This document shows, piece by piece, positions 16,897 to 26,421 of a stretch of 64,000 bases of DNA; within the stretch, counting starts at the first letter, position 1, and every line of letters starts with the position of its first letter. The notes beneath the pieces were generated by a model, which saw only the letters and a list, made by a program, of their open reading frames with translations, did not search any database and was not told where the DNA came from. Both the position numbers and the translations under genes were made by a program. The stretch is from Desulfonatronovibrio sp. (GTDB lineage: Bacteria; Desulfobacterota; Desulfovibrionia; Desulfovibrionales; Desulfonatronovibrionaceae): NCBI GenBank assembly GCA_007121655.1, contig SKKD01000034.1, forward strand, positions 1,237 through 65,236. The letters are read 5' to 3'.

Positions 16897-16911
16897 GAAT
16901 GCACTCCGGAT

Positions 16912-17562
16912 TTATATTTTTACAAACAGAAAACGAATGAGTGTTACAAGCCCCAGCAAAATGAAAAAGCCGGTGAAGTAATATTCAAACCTTTTGACCT
17001 TATTTCTGGCCTTACTCTTGATTAATCCCCATTTTACGCCCAGACGGTACCAGCCGATGCCGACATGCAGCTCGACCAGGGGCAGAAGGATCAGAAAAAA
17101 AGTCAGCCAGAAACCGCTTTGGATCCTGGCCGCGCTTTTGTCGGCAGTGATGGGCAGGTCTGTCAGCACAACCCACATGTGAATGGAGCCCATAAGCAGG
17201 ATAATCATGGCCGAAGCTACCTGGACCACCCACAGCCAGGTGTCCCGGTGGGCAAGCTGTCTGCTTTGTACCCAGAGGGTTTTCTGCTGCCCGGAACTGA
17301 AAGGAATCTTTCTGGCAGCCAGAATGAAATGAACCAGGAAGATTAAAACAATAACTGGACCGCCTGTCTGAACAAGATAATAGTCTTCGAAAAAGTCGGC
17401 CAGGGTGTTGAAAGCCCCTGTGCCGAAGATAATGCTGGCTACAAAAAGGGCATGCAGATACATAAATATTATCAGACATATCCCCGAAAACATCTGCAGC
17501 CAGTCCAGATAAGCGGCCTGCCTGGAAACGGCCGGCACATACACTGTGCTGTCAATACGCAT
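16912..17562 (-). CDS. frdC: Fumarate reductase cytochrome b subunit
   Basis: Five TM segments with heme-ligand His; GGAGG RBS; first gene of the frd operon. Confidence 0.9.
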   Translation of the reverse strand: MRIDSTVYVPAVSRQAAYLDWLQMFSGICLIIFMYLHALFVASIIFGTGAFNTLADFFEDYYLVQTGGPVIVLIFLVHFILAARKIPFSSGQQKTLWVQSRQLAHRDTWLWVVQVASAMIILLMGSIHMWVVLTDLPITADKSAARIQSGFWLTFFLILLPLVELHVGIGWYRLGVKWGLIKSKARNKVKRFEYYFTGFFILLGLVTLIRFLFVKI

Positions 17563-17736
17563 ACAACCTCCTGTTATATTACCGTAAAAATGATTTGTTG
17601 CCTGGTTTTCATCCGAAAACGGTGCTTTTTCCTTTTGGCTGCGTCAATCCGCACAATTGGTCAACGTATTTAGATACGCTTCCTCAAAATTGATTAATTT
17701 CTTCCCAAATGAAAAAAATTTCTCGTTTCCGTAAAG

Positions 17737-17783
17737 AAACCAATAGTTCCATCCGGAAAGAAAGACTTTCCGTATGGAACTAT
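17737..17783. repeat. Palindromic REP-like hairpin, possibly the xth terminator
   Basis: ATAGTTCCATCCGGAAAG-N5-CTTTCCGTATGGAACTAT (1 mismatch); related to 3578-3622. Confidence 0.75.
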
Positions 17784-17802
17784 CCAGGGGCTTATATACG
17801 CC

Positions 17803-18564
17803 CTACAATATTTCCAGCCCGACGGGACAATGGTCTGAACCCGTGACCAGGGGTTCGATCCAGGAGCGAACTACATTGTGCCTTAACTCCTCAGAAACAA
17901 AAAAATAATCAATGCGCCATCCGGCATTCCTGGACCTGGCTCCGAACCTGTATGACCACCATGAGTACTGCCCCGGCTCCTGGTTGAACATCCGGAAAGT
18001 GTCCACATATCCAGTATCAATGAATTTTTCCATCCATTCCCGTTCTATGGGCAAAAAGCCTGAGCGTCCTTCGTTGGCCCTGGGATTTTTCAGGTCGATT
18101 TCCTTGTGGGCGGTGTTGAAATCCCCGCAAACCACAATCGGCTTCTTTTTCCTCAGCTTCTGGGCATAATCAAGAAAAGAGTCATAGAATTCAAGCTTGA
18201 ACTGAAGACGGCCCTCGTTCATCTGACCGTTGGGAAAATATACGTTGAAAAGATAAAACTTTTCATATTCCATTAGGATAAGTCTGCCTTCGCCCTGAAA
18301 CTTTTCATCAGGAAGGCCGATGGAAATGCCCTGGGGCCGGGTCCGGTAAAACGAGGCAACACCCGCATAACCCTTTTTGGTCCTGGAGGGGTTCCAGAAT
18401 ATTTCATAGCCGGATACGGATTTGTCCCTGTCAACCAGCTGATCCGGCATGACCTTGATCTCCTGGAGGCAGACCACATCAGAATCAGCATGGTGAAACC
18501 AGTCCCAAAAGCCCTTGCACACCACTGAGCGAAATCCGTTCACATTCCAGGAATGGATGATCAT
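17803..18564 (-). CDS. xth: Exodeoxyribonuclease III / AP endonuclease
   Basis: SWNVNG, LQEIK, NVYFPNG, GDFNTAH, GWRIDYF, SDHCP. Confidence 0.95.
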   Translation of the reverse strand: MIIHSWNVNGFRSVVCKGFWDWFHHADSDVVCLQEIKVMPDQLVDRDKSVSGYEIFWNPSRTKKGYAGVASFYRTRPQGISIGLPDEKFQGEGRLILMEYEKFYLFNVYFPNGQMNEGRLQFKLEFYDSFLDYAQKLRKKKPIVVCGDFNTAHKEIDLKNPRANEGRSGFLPIEREWMEKFIDTGYVDTFRMFNQEPGQYSWWSYRFGARSRNAGWRIDYFFVSEELRHNVVRSWIEPLVTGSDHCPVGLEIL

Positions 18565-19226
18565 TGTATCTGCCTGAGTTCCGCATCAAGCTTTCGGTCC
18601 TCAAAAGTTATCAGGACGTAGCTTCCCGAAGAGAATGTTCCAGGATTGATGATTATTGTCTTTCCGATATGGTCAACTGACCTGGCTTCATGAATATGCC
18701 CGGTCACACATACTCCGGGCTGTACCCTCTCTATGAAATTACGCACTGCCCTGCTTCCAGCCCTTTTTCCTGAACTCAGGAGATCGGCCCCGGTGTCGTA
18801 GGGGGGAGTATGGGACATGAAAATCAGGTTTCTTGCCTCCAGGGCTTGATCCAGCACACTGTCCAGCCAGGTTTCAAGCTGCTTTTCATCAACTTCCGAG
18901 GGGGTGGAAAAGGGCGTGGGGTTTGAATACCCAAGCCCCAGAAGATGGACATCATCAGAGAGCCTGACCATTTTTTTATGAACATTGACTCCTGTTTCAT
19001 CCAGGTATTCTTCCACTTCTCTGGTGTCCATGTTCCCGATTTGAGCATAAACGTTTCTGTTCAAAGTTTTTATCTCATCCAGAATGGCGGCCACCCTGGC
19101 CTTGTTCCCGACATTAGTCAGATCACCTGAAATAAGCACAGCCGAGGCTTTTGTAATATCCTCAATCAAATGAATATTTCCCAAGCGTTCATGCACGTCG
19201 CCAAAAGCTATCCAGAAATCGGACAT
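18561..19226 (-). CDS. Metallophosphoesterase (Icc-like)
   Basis: GDVH, GDLT, GNMD, SHTPP, GHIHE, NPG. Confidence 0.9.
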   Translation of the reverse strand: MSDFWIAFGDVHERLGNIHLIEDITKASAVLISGDLTNVGNKARVAAILDEIKTLNRNVYAQIGNMDTREVEEYLDETGVNVHKKMVRLSDDVHLLGLGYSNPTPFSTPSEVDEKQLETWLDSVLDQALEARNLIFMSHTPPYDTGADLLSSGKRAGSRAVRNFIERVQPGVCVTGHIHEARSVDHIGKTIIINPGTFSSGSYVLITFEDRKLDAELRQIQ

Positions 19227-19398
19227 TTCACCGTCTCCATTTTTCGGTCTTTGAAATTAGTGACTTAAACCTGAAAACTGTCATAAAATAACAGAAAGAA
19301 GAATTTAACCACAAAGACGCAAAGGGACAGCAAGTTCAGAGGAGGAGCGACATAATTTTCAAAACAGGAACAGTGTTTTGGAATATGCATCAAATCCT

Positions 19399-19427
19399 TT
19401 GAGTTTCTTCCCTGGCGACCTTTGTGT
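19399..19427. repeat. Dispersed intergenic repeat (inverted copy of 1421-1449)
   Basis: Exact 29-bp match. Confidence 0.85.
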
Positions 19428-19611
19428 TTAGCTGAGTCCTGGAGCAGCCTGCCCGGCACCTATTCAAGGCATGGAAATCATATACATTTTTTGGATACGA
19501 GCTAAAAAATTAGAAGTACACAAACTTATCAAAAGACAGGTGCAGGGGGCGGTTCAATGATCTCTTGCCCTGATTATGAGCTTGGCTCGCTTCTAGTTAT
19601 GGAATACAAGT

Positions 19612-21927
19612 TCACCCGCCGGCTGATTTACCGGTTTTCCGTTCATAGACCCTGACCCCGTCAGGGGTATCCTCAATCATGAATCCCATGTCCAGGATCT
19701 CACGCCTCACTTCATCAGCCAGTAAGTAGTCCCTGCTCTGCCTGGCCATAGCCCTTTTCCGGAGAAGGCCGGAAAGATCCGGTGGATATTCTTTTTCAGC
19801 CAGGGGCAGGTTGTTCCAGTCCAGGATGCCCAGAATACCATCTACCTTTTTAAGAGTTTCAAGGCACTCCCGTGCCTGGCGGGTTCCCATTTTTCCCTCG
19901 TCAGTCAGCCTGCGGATTTTTTTGCAGAAAGAGAAAAGATCCGGCCAGAATTTATATACGGATAAATCCTCTTCTATCCACCTCTTCAGGCACCCGTACA
20001 AATCCGCACAAAGACCCTGAACCATATCACCGGAAATATCAGTATCACCGAATTCCTTTATGTTTAAATGGGCGTAAAGCTCCTGAATTCTGTGCCAGTT
20101 TTTAGTCCACATGCCGAGACTCTTTTCAGAGTACAAAAGCGTTTTATGGTATGAGCCGGACAAAAGCCAGATGCGCAGGACATAATAGCCGCCCTCCTTT
20201 TCAGCCATGAGATTAAGCCCGGGCGTGGCTTCGCTGCCGGGCTCGGTCTTCACTGACTGAGCCATTATCCAGCATTGGGGCACAAGGCCCATGGCCCCTT
20301 CCCATATGCTCCGCAGGTTATCCAGATGAGGGAAAAAGTGCGTTTCGCCGGCGAAAACAAGATCCAGGTGATTTTCCGGCACGGAAGCCGCCATTTGCAA
20401 ATACCAGGAAGGCCTGACATTGCCCCATTTGGTCTTGAGGACGCTGTCTTCCTTAAGATCCTTGAGACTTGCCCTTTTAAGGAGGGTAAAGTCCCTGGGA
20501 CTGTCCTTGACGTAATCTTCCAGGTCAACTGTTTTGCCGGATATTATGGTTGAGGGATCAACTCCGGCCAGCTTTCCATAATCGTAATCCCTGCCCACGT
20601 CAAAGTAGACGGACCTGAGTTTTTCGTAGGCCAGTCCCTTGGATAAAAGCTTGGAACAGACCCTGATGCCTTCATCAAGGTATTCTGAGGCCGGGATATA
20701 TCTAAAGTTTTTGCTAAGGTTCATCCTGCCGGACAAAACTTCAAGTCCTCTGATGGTTTCCTGCCTGAAATCATTCAAACCGATGCTTCCGGCCCGGACA
20801 GTTTCGAGAGTGCGGTCGTCAAAATCAGCCACTGCCACCACAGGCTTTGGTTCATCTCCCCTGTGAGCCAGGTAGCGGTTGATTACGTCCAGGAAAACCG
20901 CTCTTCTCCAGAAGTCAGGATCATCAAGAAAGTTTGTTCGGGGTCCAATGGTAAATAAAGCAGGCCTGCCGGCGGTGCTTTGCAATGAAATCTTTTTTCT
21001 GGCCTTAAGATCGAAGAGCCTGATCCCGTCCTTTTCAGGCACTCTGAAAAGGGGAGTACTCAAGTAACGTTCACCGCTGTCAGGAAAAATCGTTACTATA
21101 AATCCGCTTTTCAGCTCTTTGGCCAGCCTGCAGCTTCCGGCCATGGCCGCTCCGGAACTCATGCCCACAAAAAGGCCCTCTTTGCGGGCCAGTTCACGAC
21201 ACATGGCAAAGGCTTCCTCGTCCTTGACGTGAGCAATCATATCCAGGGATTTCTTGTCATAAATACCAGGCGGATATGATTCCTGCATATTCTTGAGCCC
21301 CTGTATCTTGTGTCCCGGGTAAGGCTCAATGCCGATGCACCTGACGTGGGGGGCTATCTGACGCATCCGTCTGGTAATGCCCATAATTGTCCCTGTAGTT
21401 CCCAGACAGGCCGTAATATGCGTAACCTTGCCTCCTGTCTGCTCCCATATCTCCGGACCGGTGGTCTGGTAATGGGCGTCAACACTGGCCGGGTTATTGA
21501 ACTGATCCATAAGTACATATTTCTCGGGATCCTCCCTTGCTAAGCGGTAAGCCTCCTCTATGGCTCCGTCTGTGCTCATGTGGGCGGGGGTCAGGATAAT
21601 TTCTGCGCCGTAAGCCCTCATGATCCTTTTTCTTTCCTCTGAAGCGGCCGAGGACATGAGAAGCTTGATAGGATATCCTTTAACCGCACAGACCATGGCC
21701 AGGCCTATGCCGGTGTTTCCGGAAGTGGCTTCGATTACCGTCTTGCCGGAACCCAGGACGCCCGTTTCCTCTGCGTTTTTGATCATAAACAGGGCTACCC
21801 TGTCCTTGACCGAACCACCGGGATTCTTCATTTCAAGCTTGGCAAAAATTTTGACCTTCGGATTGGGAGAAATTGTTTTAATCTCAACCAGAGGGGTGTT
21901 GCCGATAAGTGAAAGGAGGTCATTCAT
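19612..21927 (-). CDS. Cysteine synthase (CysK/CysM family) fused to a degenerate cysteinyl-tRNA-synthetase-like module
   Basis: aa ~1-295: IGNTPLV, NPGGSVKDR (PLP Lys), EATSGNTG, GTTGT, DSGERYLST; aa ~300-771 collinear with CysRS (VYFDV..YGKL, DFTLLK, WGNVRPSW, FPH, C-terminal R...R..RDY..ADEVR..I...G..IEDTPDG). Confidence 0.88.
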   Translation of the reverse strand: MNDLLSLIGNTPLVEIKTISPNPKVKIFAKLEMKNPGGSVKDRVALFMIKNAEETGVLGSGKTVIEATSGNTGIGLAMVCAVKGYPIKLLMSSAASEERKRIMRAYGAEIILTPAHMSTDGAIEEAYRLAREDPEKYVLMDQFNNPASVDAHYQTTGPEIWEQTGGKVTHITACLGTTGTIMGITRRMRQIAPHVRCIGIEPYPGHKIQGLKNMQESYPPGIYDKKSLDMIAHVKDEEAFAMCRELARKEGLFVGMSSGAAMAGSCRLAKELKSGFIVTIFPDSGERYLSTPLFRVPEKDGIRLFDLKARKKISLQSTAGRPALFTIGPRTNFLDDPDFWRRAVFLDVINRYLAHRGDEPKPVVAVADFDDRTLETVRAGSIGLNDFRQETIRGLEVLSGRMNLSKNFRYIPASEYLDEGIRVCSKLLSKGLAYEKLRSVYFDVGRDYDYGKLAGVDPSTIISGKTVDLEDYVKDSPRDFTLLKRASLKDLKEDSVLKTKWGNVRPSWYLQMAASVPENHLDLVFAGETHFFPHLDNLRSIWEGAMGLVPQCWIMAQSVKTEPGSEATPGLNLMAEKEGGYYVLRIWLLSGSYHKTLLYSEKSLGMWTKNWHRIQELYAHLNIKEFGDTDISGDMVQGLCADLYGCLKRWIEEDLSVYKFWPDLFSFCKKIRRLTDEGKMGTRQARECLETLKKVDGILGILDWNNLPLAEKEYPPDLSGLLRKRAMARQSRDYLLADEVRREILDMGFMIEDTPDGVRVYERKTGKSAGG

Positions 21928-22103
21928 TGCTTTGCCGATATTATACGATTTAAGACTGCCGGACGATCAATCAGTTAACCTGGCAGGTGATTTGTTTTTC
22001 GATCATCACAGGTGTTGAAAAATTAAGACAAACGCTTTAGATAAATCCGGATGAGTTTCTTTTCAAGTAAAAAAATCAGGCCCTGATTTTGCCAGGCCAG
22101 GCC

Positions 22104-22982
22104 ATGCCAGATCAGAAAAAAGCATATCTCTTCGCTCTTCTTACAGTGGCCATCTGGTCAACAGTGGCCTCGGCCTTTAAAATATCCCTGCGCTACCTGG
22201 ATCATGTGCAGCTTCTTTTTTACTCCAGCCTGACATCAACCCTTGTTCTGGGCATTTTATGCCTGTATTTTTTTGGTCCGGGTTTCTGGAGACTGATATC
22301 TCCGGCCAATATAAGGTCTTCACTACTGCTGGGTTTTTTAAATCCCTTTCTGTACTATCTGGTCCTGTTCAAGGCTTATGACCTTCTTCCCGCACAGGAG
22401 GCCCAACCTCTCAACTATACATGGGGCATCACACTGGCCCTGTTGTCCATACCACTTTTAAAGCAGAGGATCACCAGGCTGCAGATCCTGGCCATTGTGA
22501 TCAGCTACAGCGGGACCCTGGTCATATCCACCAGAGGCAACATCACGGGGCTGGAATTCTCAAATCCCCTGGGAGTGGCCCTGGCCCTGGGAAGCACGAT
22601 TGTCTGGGCCCTTTACTGGATTTATAACACCAGGGACAGCCTGGATCCGGTTCTGAAACTGTTTTTGAATTTTTGCGCCGGGCTGGTCTACATTTCCATT
22701 TTTCTGCCCTTTGTCACCACCTTCGGTTTTGAGGATGGCCGGGGGTTTTACGGCGCCGTTTATGTGGGGGTTTTTGAAATGGGGATAACCTTTGTCTTCT
22801 GGCTCATGGCATTAAGACTTTCCAGGACAACGGCCCAGGTGAGCAATCTGATATATTTATCTCCGTTTCTGTCCCTGATTTTTATTTATTTCCTGGTGGG
22901 AGAAACAATAATGCCCTCAACCATTGCCGGTCTGATTCTGATCATGACCGGACTCATAATTCAGAACAGGGCCAGGGGCTAA
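22104..22982 (+). CDS. DMT/EamA family transporter
   Basis: ~10 TM helices in two EamA-like repeats. Confidence 0.88.
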   Translation: MPDQKKAYLFALLTVAIWSTVASAFKISLRYLDHVQLLFYSSLTSTLVLGILCLYFFGPGFWRLISPANIRSSLLLGFLNPFLYYLVLFKAYDLLPAQEAQPLNYTWGITLALLSIPLLKQRITRLQILAIVISYSGTLVISTRGNITGLEFSNPLGVALALGSTIVWALYWIYNTRDSLDPVLKLFLNFCAGLVYISIFLPFVTTFGFEDGRGFYGAVYVGVFEMGITFVFWLMALRLSRTTAQVSNLIYLSPFLSLIFIYFLVGETIMPSTIAGLILIMTGLIIQNRARG

Positions 22983-23064
22983 CATTCAAAGGGCGAAGTA
23001 TTGCAGGATGATTTGATTTGAAAAGTGGACTTAAGGGGCTCCGGAGTGTTCGTGAATAATGAAT

Positions 23065-24825
23065 CTAAGCTGCACCGCTGGCAGCCCTGATCTGTTGAAT
23101 ATCGGTAATACCCTTAAGCAGCTTGATTATTCCGTCCTGCTTGAGAGAAAGCATGCCCTCAACAGTGGCCTGGTCCCTGATTTCCTCGGTCGGCTTTTTG
23201 TATTTGATCATCTTTTTGATCCCTCCGGAATTGGGCATCAACTCATGGATGCCTATGCGGCCCTTGTACCCGCCGAGGCAATGCCTGCATCCCCTGGCCC
23301 TGTATAGCGCTGCTTCCTTGTCGAAAGATTTCTGGAGCTGTTCCTTAAAGCCCGGGCCGTATTCAATGCCCAGTTCAACAAGCTCTTTTTTGGCAGGGCT
23401 GTATTTTTCCTTGCACTTGACACAAAGGGTCTTAACCAGTCTCTGGCCGAGAACTCCAAGCAGGGAATCGGCGAAATTGAAAGGATCCAGATCCATGTCC
23501 AATAGCCTGGTAATAGTTTCCGGAGCGGTGTTGGTATGCAGGGTGCTGAAAACCACGTGCCCGGTCAGCGAGGCCTCAACTCCAATATGGGCGGTTTCCC
23601 TGTCCCTCATTTCACCGATCATAATCACGTCGGGATCCGCTCTTAGAAATGATCTGAGCACAGCGGCAAAGGAAAGACCGATCTTGGGGTTGACCTGGAC
23701 CTGCCTTAAGCCGTCCTGACTGATTTCAACAGGATCCTCGGCCGTCCATATCTTTTTCTCCGGTGTATTGATGTAGCTTACAGCGGAGTGCAGGGTGGTT
23801 GTCTTGCCTGATCCGGTAGGCCCGACAACAAGAATGAGTCCGTACGGCTTGTGGATGAGTTTTTCAAAGTTGGTTAAATTGTCATTGGTGAGTCCAAGCT
23901 GCTCCAGGGACATGGGTTTGCCTGAAGCCAGAAGGCGCATGACCACATCTTCCTGACTCTCTATGGTCGGCATCACGGCTACCCTGAATTCCAGAAGCTT
24001 GCTTACCTCGGATAACTTCACCTTGATCTTGCCGTCCTGGGGCAGGCGACGTTCCGCTATGTCAAGCTGGGACATTATTTTGATTCTTGAAACAATGGGC
24101 CGGGCCAGAGCCAGGCGCAGCTTTTTAAATTCATGACATGTCCCGTCTATTCTCAGGCGAATCAGACAATACCTGGACCGGACATTAGGCTCAATATGAA
24201 TATCGGATGCGTTCTTGCGCCAAGCCTCAACCATAAGGGCATTGACCAGGCGGACAACTTCACTGTCATTCTCCGTGATTTCGCCTTCTTCGATAAAATC
24301 ATCGGCAAGATCCCCGCCCAGATCTATGCCTTCAGCCAGGGAGGATATATCCTGATCTGATTTGTACTGGTTATGGAAGAGGTCGATAAATAATTCAATA
24401 TCCCTGATCAAAGCCACATAAGGAGTTATGCGGGTAGTCCCGAAAATAAATCTTATTTCGTCAAGACGTCCCAGATCAAAGGGATTATTGACCAGAACAA
24501 CAATATTCTTGCCTTCTTTCTTTAAGGGGACCCAGCCATATTTCTTCAAAAAATCAGGATCAAGTTTTTTTTGCTCGTAAAGCTCGAATGGGGGTTCATA
24601 GGAATTGTCAAAGGCTACGAACTTAGTGTCATAATATTTTTCCAGTGATTTTCCCAGGTCCTGCTTTTTGACCTTGAATGAATCAATTATCACATCATCC
24701 ATGGATTTGCTCTTTTCTTTGGCAATCTCCATTGCTTTTTCAAGGTCAGCACGGCTCATTATTCCTGAATCAACCAGGTAAGAGTACCTGTTGCCGTGTT
24801 TAATATAATCTGTCTGCTTAAGCAT
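23065..24825 (-). CDS. GspE/PilB family secretion/pilus ATPase (orphan)
   Basis: ASDIHIEP, ERRLPQDG, GPTGSGKTTT, AEDPVE, RADPDVIMIGEMRD, TGHVVFSTLHT, CVKC/CRHC. Confidence 0.93.
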   Translation of the reverse strand: MLKQTDYIKHGNRYSYLVDSGIMSRADLEKAMEIAKEKSKSMDDVIIDSFKVKKQDLGKSLEKYYDTKFVAFDNSYEPPFELYEQKKLDPDFLKKYGWVPLKKEGKNIVVLVNNPFDLGRLDEIRFIFGTTRITPYVALIRDIELFIDLFHNQYKSDQDISSLAEGIDLGGDLADDFIEEGEITENDSEVVRLVNALMVEAWRKNASDIHIEPNVRSRYCLIRLRIDGTCHEFKKLRLALARPIVSRIKIMSQLDIAERRLPQDGKIKVKLSEVSKLLEFRVAVMPTIESQEDVVMRLLASGKPMSLEQLGLTNDNLTNFEKLIHKPYGLILVVGPTGSGKTTTLHSAVSYINTPEKKIWTAEDPVEISQDGLRQVQVNPKIGLSFAAVLRSFLRADPDVIMIGEMRDRETAHIGVEASLTGHVVFSTLHTNTAPETITRLLDMDLDPFNFADSLLGVLGQRLVKTLCVKCKEKYSPAKKELVELGIEYGPGFKEQLQKSFDKEAALYRARGCRHCLGGYKGRIGIHELMPNSGGIKKMIKYKKPTEEIRDQATVEGMLSLKQDGIIKLLKGITDIQQIRAASGAA

Positions 24826-24890
24826 GTTTTTCTTGTTTCAGGAGATTGCAAAAGACCCGCTTCAGAAGGGTTTACGCTGATGATTGTGGG

Positions 24891-25880
24891 CTACTTTTTC
24901 AGCCAGGGCATCATTTTTCTCAGATTGCCGCCCACTTCTTCGATCTGATGCTGATGGGTCTTGCGTCTCATGGCCTGAAAGCCCGGGATCCCGGCCTTGT
25001 TTTCCAGAATCCACTCTCTGGCGAAAGTGCCGTCCTGAATTTCTTCAAGAACTTTTTTCATTTCTTTCTTGACTTCAGGAGAGACCACTCTTTTGCCTCT
25101 GGTATAGTCGCCATATTCGGCGGTGTCGCTTATGGAGTGGTGCATTTTGGAAAACCCGCCCTCATACAGGAGATCGACAATGAGTTTCAGCTCGTGCATG
25201 CACTCAAAATAAGCGACCTCAGGCTGATATCCGGCTTCCACCAGGGTCTCAAACCCGGAACGGATCAACTGGCTCACTCCGCCGCACAAAACAGCCTGCT
25301 CGCCAAAAAGATCGGTCTCGGTTTCTTCCTCAAAAGTGGTCTGGATCACTCCGGACCTTGTGGATCCGATTCCCTTGGCATAAGCCAGGGCGTAATCCAT
25401 GGCCTTACCTGAATGGTCCTGGTGCACGGCAAACAAGGCAGGCACTGCCCCGCCCCGCACATATTCCCTGCGTACAAGATGACCCGGACCCTTGGGAGCA
25501 ACCATGACTACGTCCACGTCTTCAGGTGGATCTATCTGGTTGAAATGAATATTGAATCCATGACTGAATACCAGAACTTTCCCTTTGGTGAGGTTGGTCA
25601 GGACCTCTTTCTCATATACCACCGGCTGATACTGATCCTGGACAAGTATCTGGATCACATCGGCTTTCATGGCTGCATCACTGGCGGAAACCGGCTTAAA
25701 TCCGTCATCCCTGGCCTGTTTCCAATTGTCCCCGCCGGGCCTTTGCCCCACAACAACGTTGAGGCCCGAATCCCTCAGGTTCTGGGCGTGGGCATGACCC
25801 TGACTTCCGTATCCGATGATTGCTATGGTCTTATCCTTAAGTATGGTAAGATCAGCGTCATTTTCATAATAAACTTTCAT
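24891..25880 (-). CDS. ilvC: Ketol-acid reductoisomerase
   Basis: [40 protein letters not shown]. Confidence 0.97.
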   Translation of the reverse strand: MKVYYENDADLTILKDKTIAIIGYGSQGHAHAQNLRDSGLNVVVGQRPGGDNWKQARDDGFKPVSASDAAMKADVIQILVQDQYQPVVYEKEVLTNLTKGKVLVFSHGFNIHFNQIDPPEDVDVVMVAPKGPGHLVRREYVRGGAVPALFAVHQDHSGKAMDYALAYAKGIGSTRSGVIQTTFEEETETDLFGEQAVLCGGVSQLIRSGFETLVEAGYQPEVAYFECMHELKLIVDLLYEGGFSKMHHSISDTAEYGDYTRGKRVVSPEVKKEMKKVLEEIQDGTFAREWILENKAGIPGFQAMRRKTHQHQIEEVGGNLRKMMPWLKK

Positions 25881-25928
25881 CCCTGCTCCTTAAATATGTT
25901 GAAAAAGTCTTAATTAAACGCCCTAAAC

Positions 25929-26411
25929 TTAAAGCTGCATGCTCCGGCGCAAGGCCACTGTTCCTGTCCGGGCAAATTCCTTTATCCCGAACCGCTGCAG
26001 AAGGTTTACAATGGCCTGGATCTTTCCCTGATCCCCTGTAACTTCCAGGGTTATCTCATCCGTGCTTACATCCACGACCTTGCAACGGAATATATCCACA
26101 ACTCTTAATATTTCAGCACGTTTTGCGTCATCCGCATTTACCTTGAGAAGCACCATTTCCCTTTCCACTGATTTAAGATCAGTGAGGTCGACCACCTTGA
26201 TTATAGAGACAACCTTGCGCAGCTGCTTGACTATCTGTTCGATAATCTGTTCTTCCCCGTGAGTGGTAATGGTCATGAGGGACACTCCCTGTTCAAGGGT
26301 CGGGCCGACATTGAGGCTGTCAATGTTAAAGCCGCGTCCGCTGAAAAGGCCGGCCACCCGAGACAGAACTCCAGGCTCATTTTCCACCAGTACTGATAAT
26401 ACATGTCTCAT
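25929..26411 (-). CDS. ilvN: Acetolactate synthase small subunit
   Basis: LVENEPGVLSRVAGLFSGRGFNIDSL ACT domain. Confidence 0.95.
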   Translation of the reverse strand: MRHVLSVLVENEPGVLSRVAGLFSGRGFNIDSLNVGPTLEQGVSLMTITTHGEEQIIEQIVKQLRKVVSIIKVVDLTDLKSVEREMVLLKVNADDAKRAEILRVVDIFRCKVVDVSTDEITLEVTGDQGKIQAIVNLLQRFGIKEFARTGTVALRRSMQL

Positions 26412-26421
26412 AGCCCGACTC

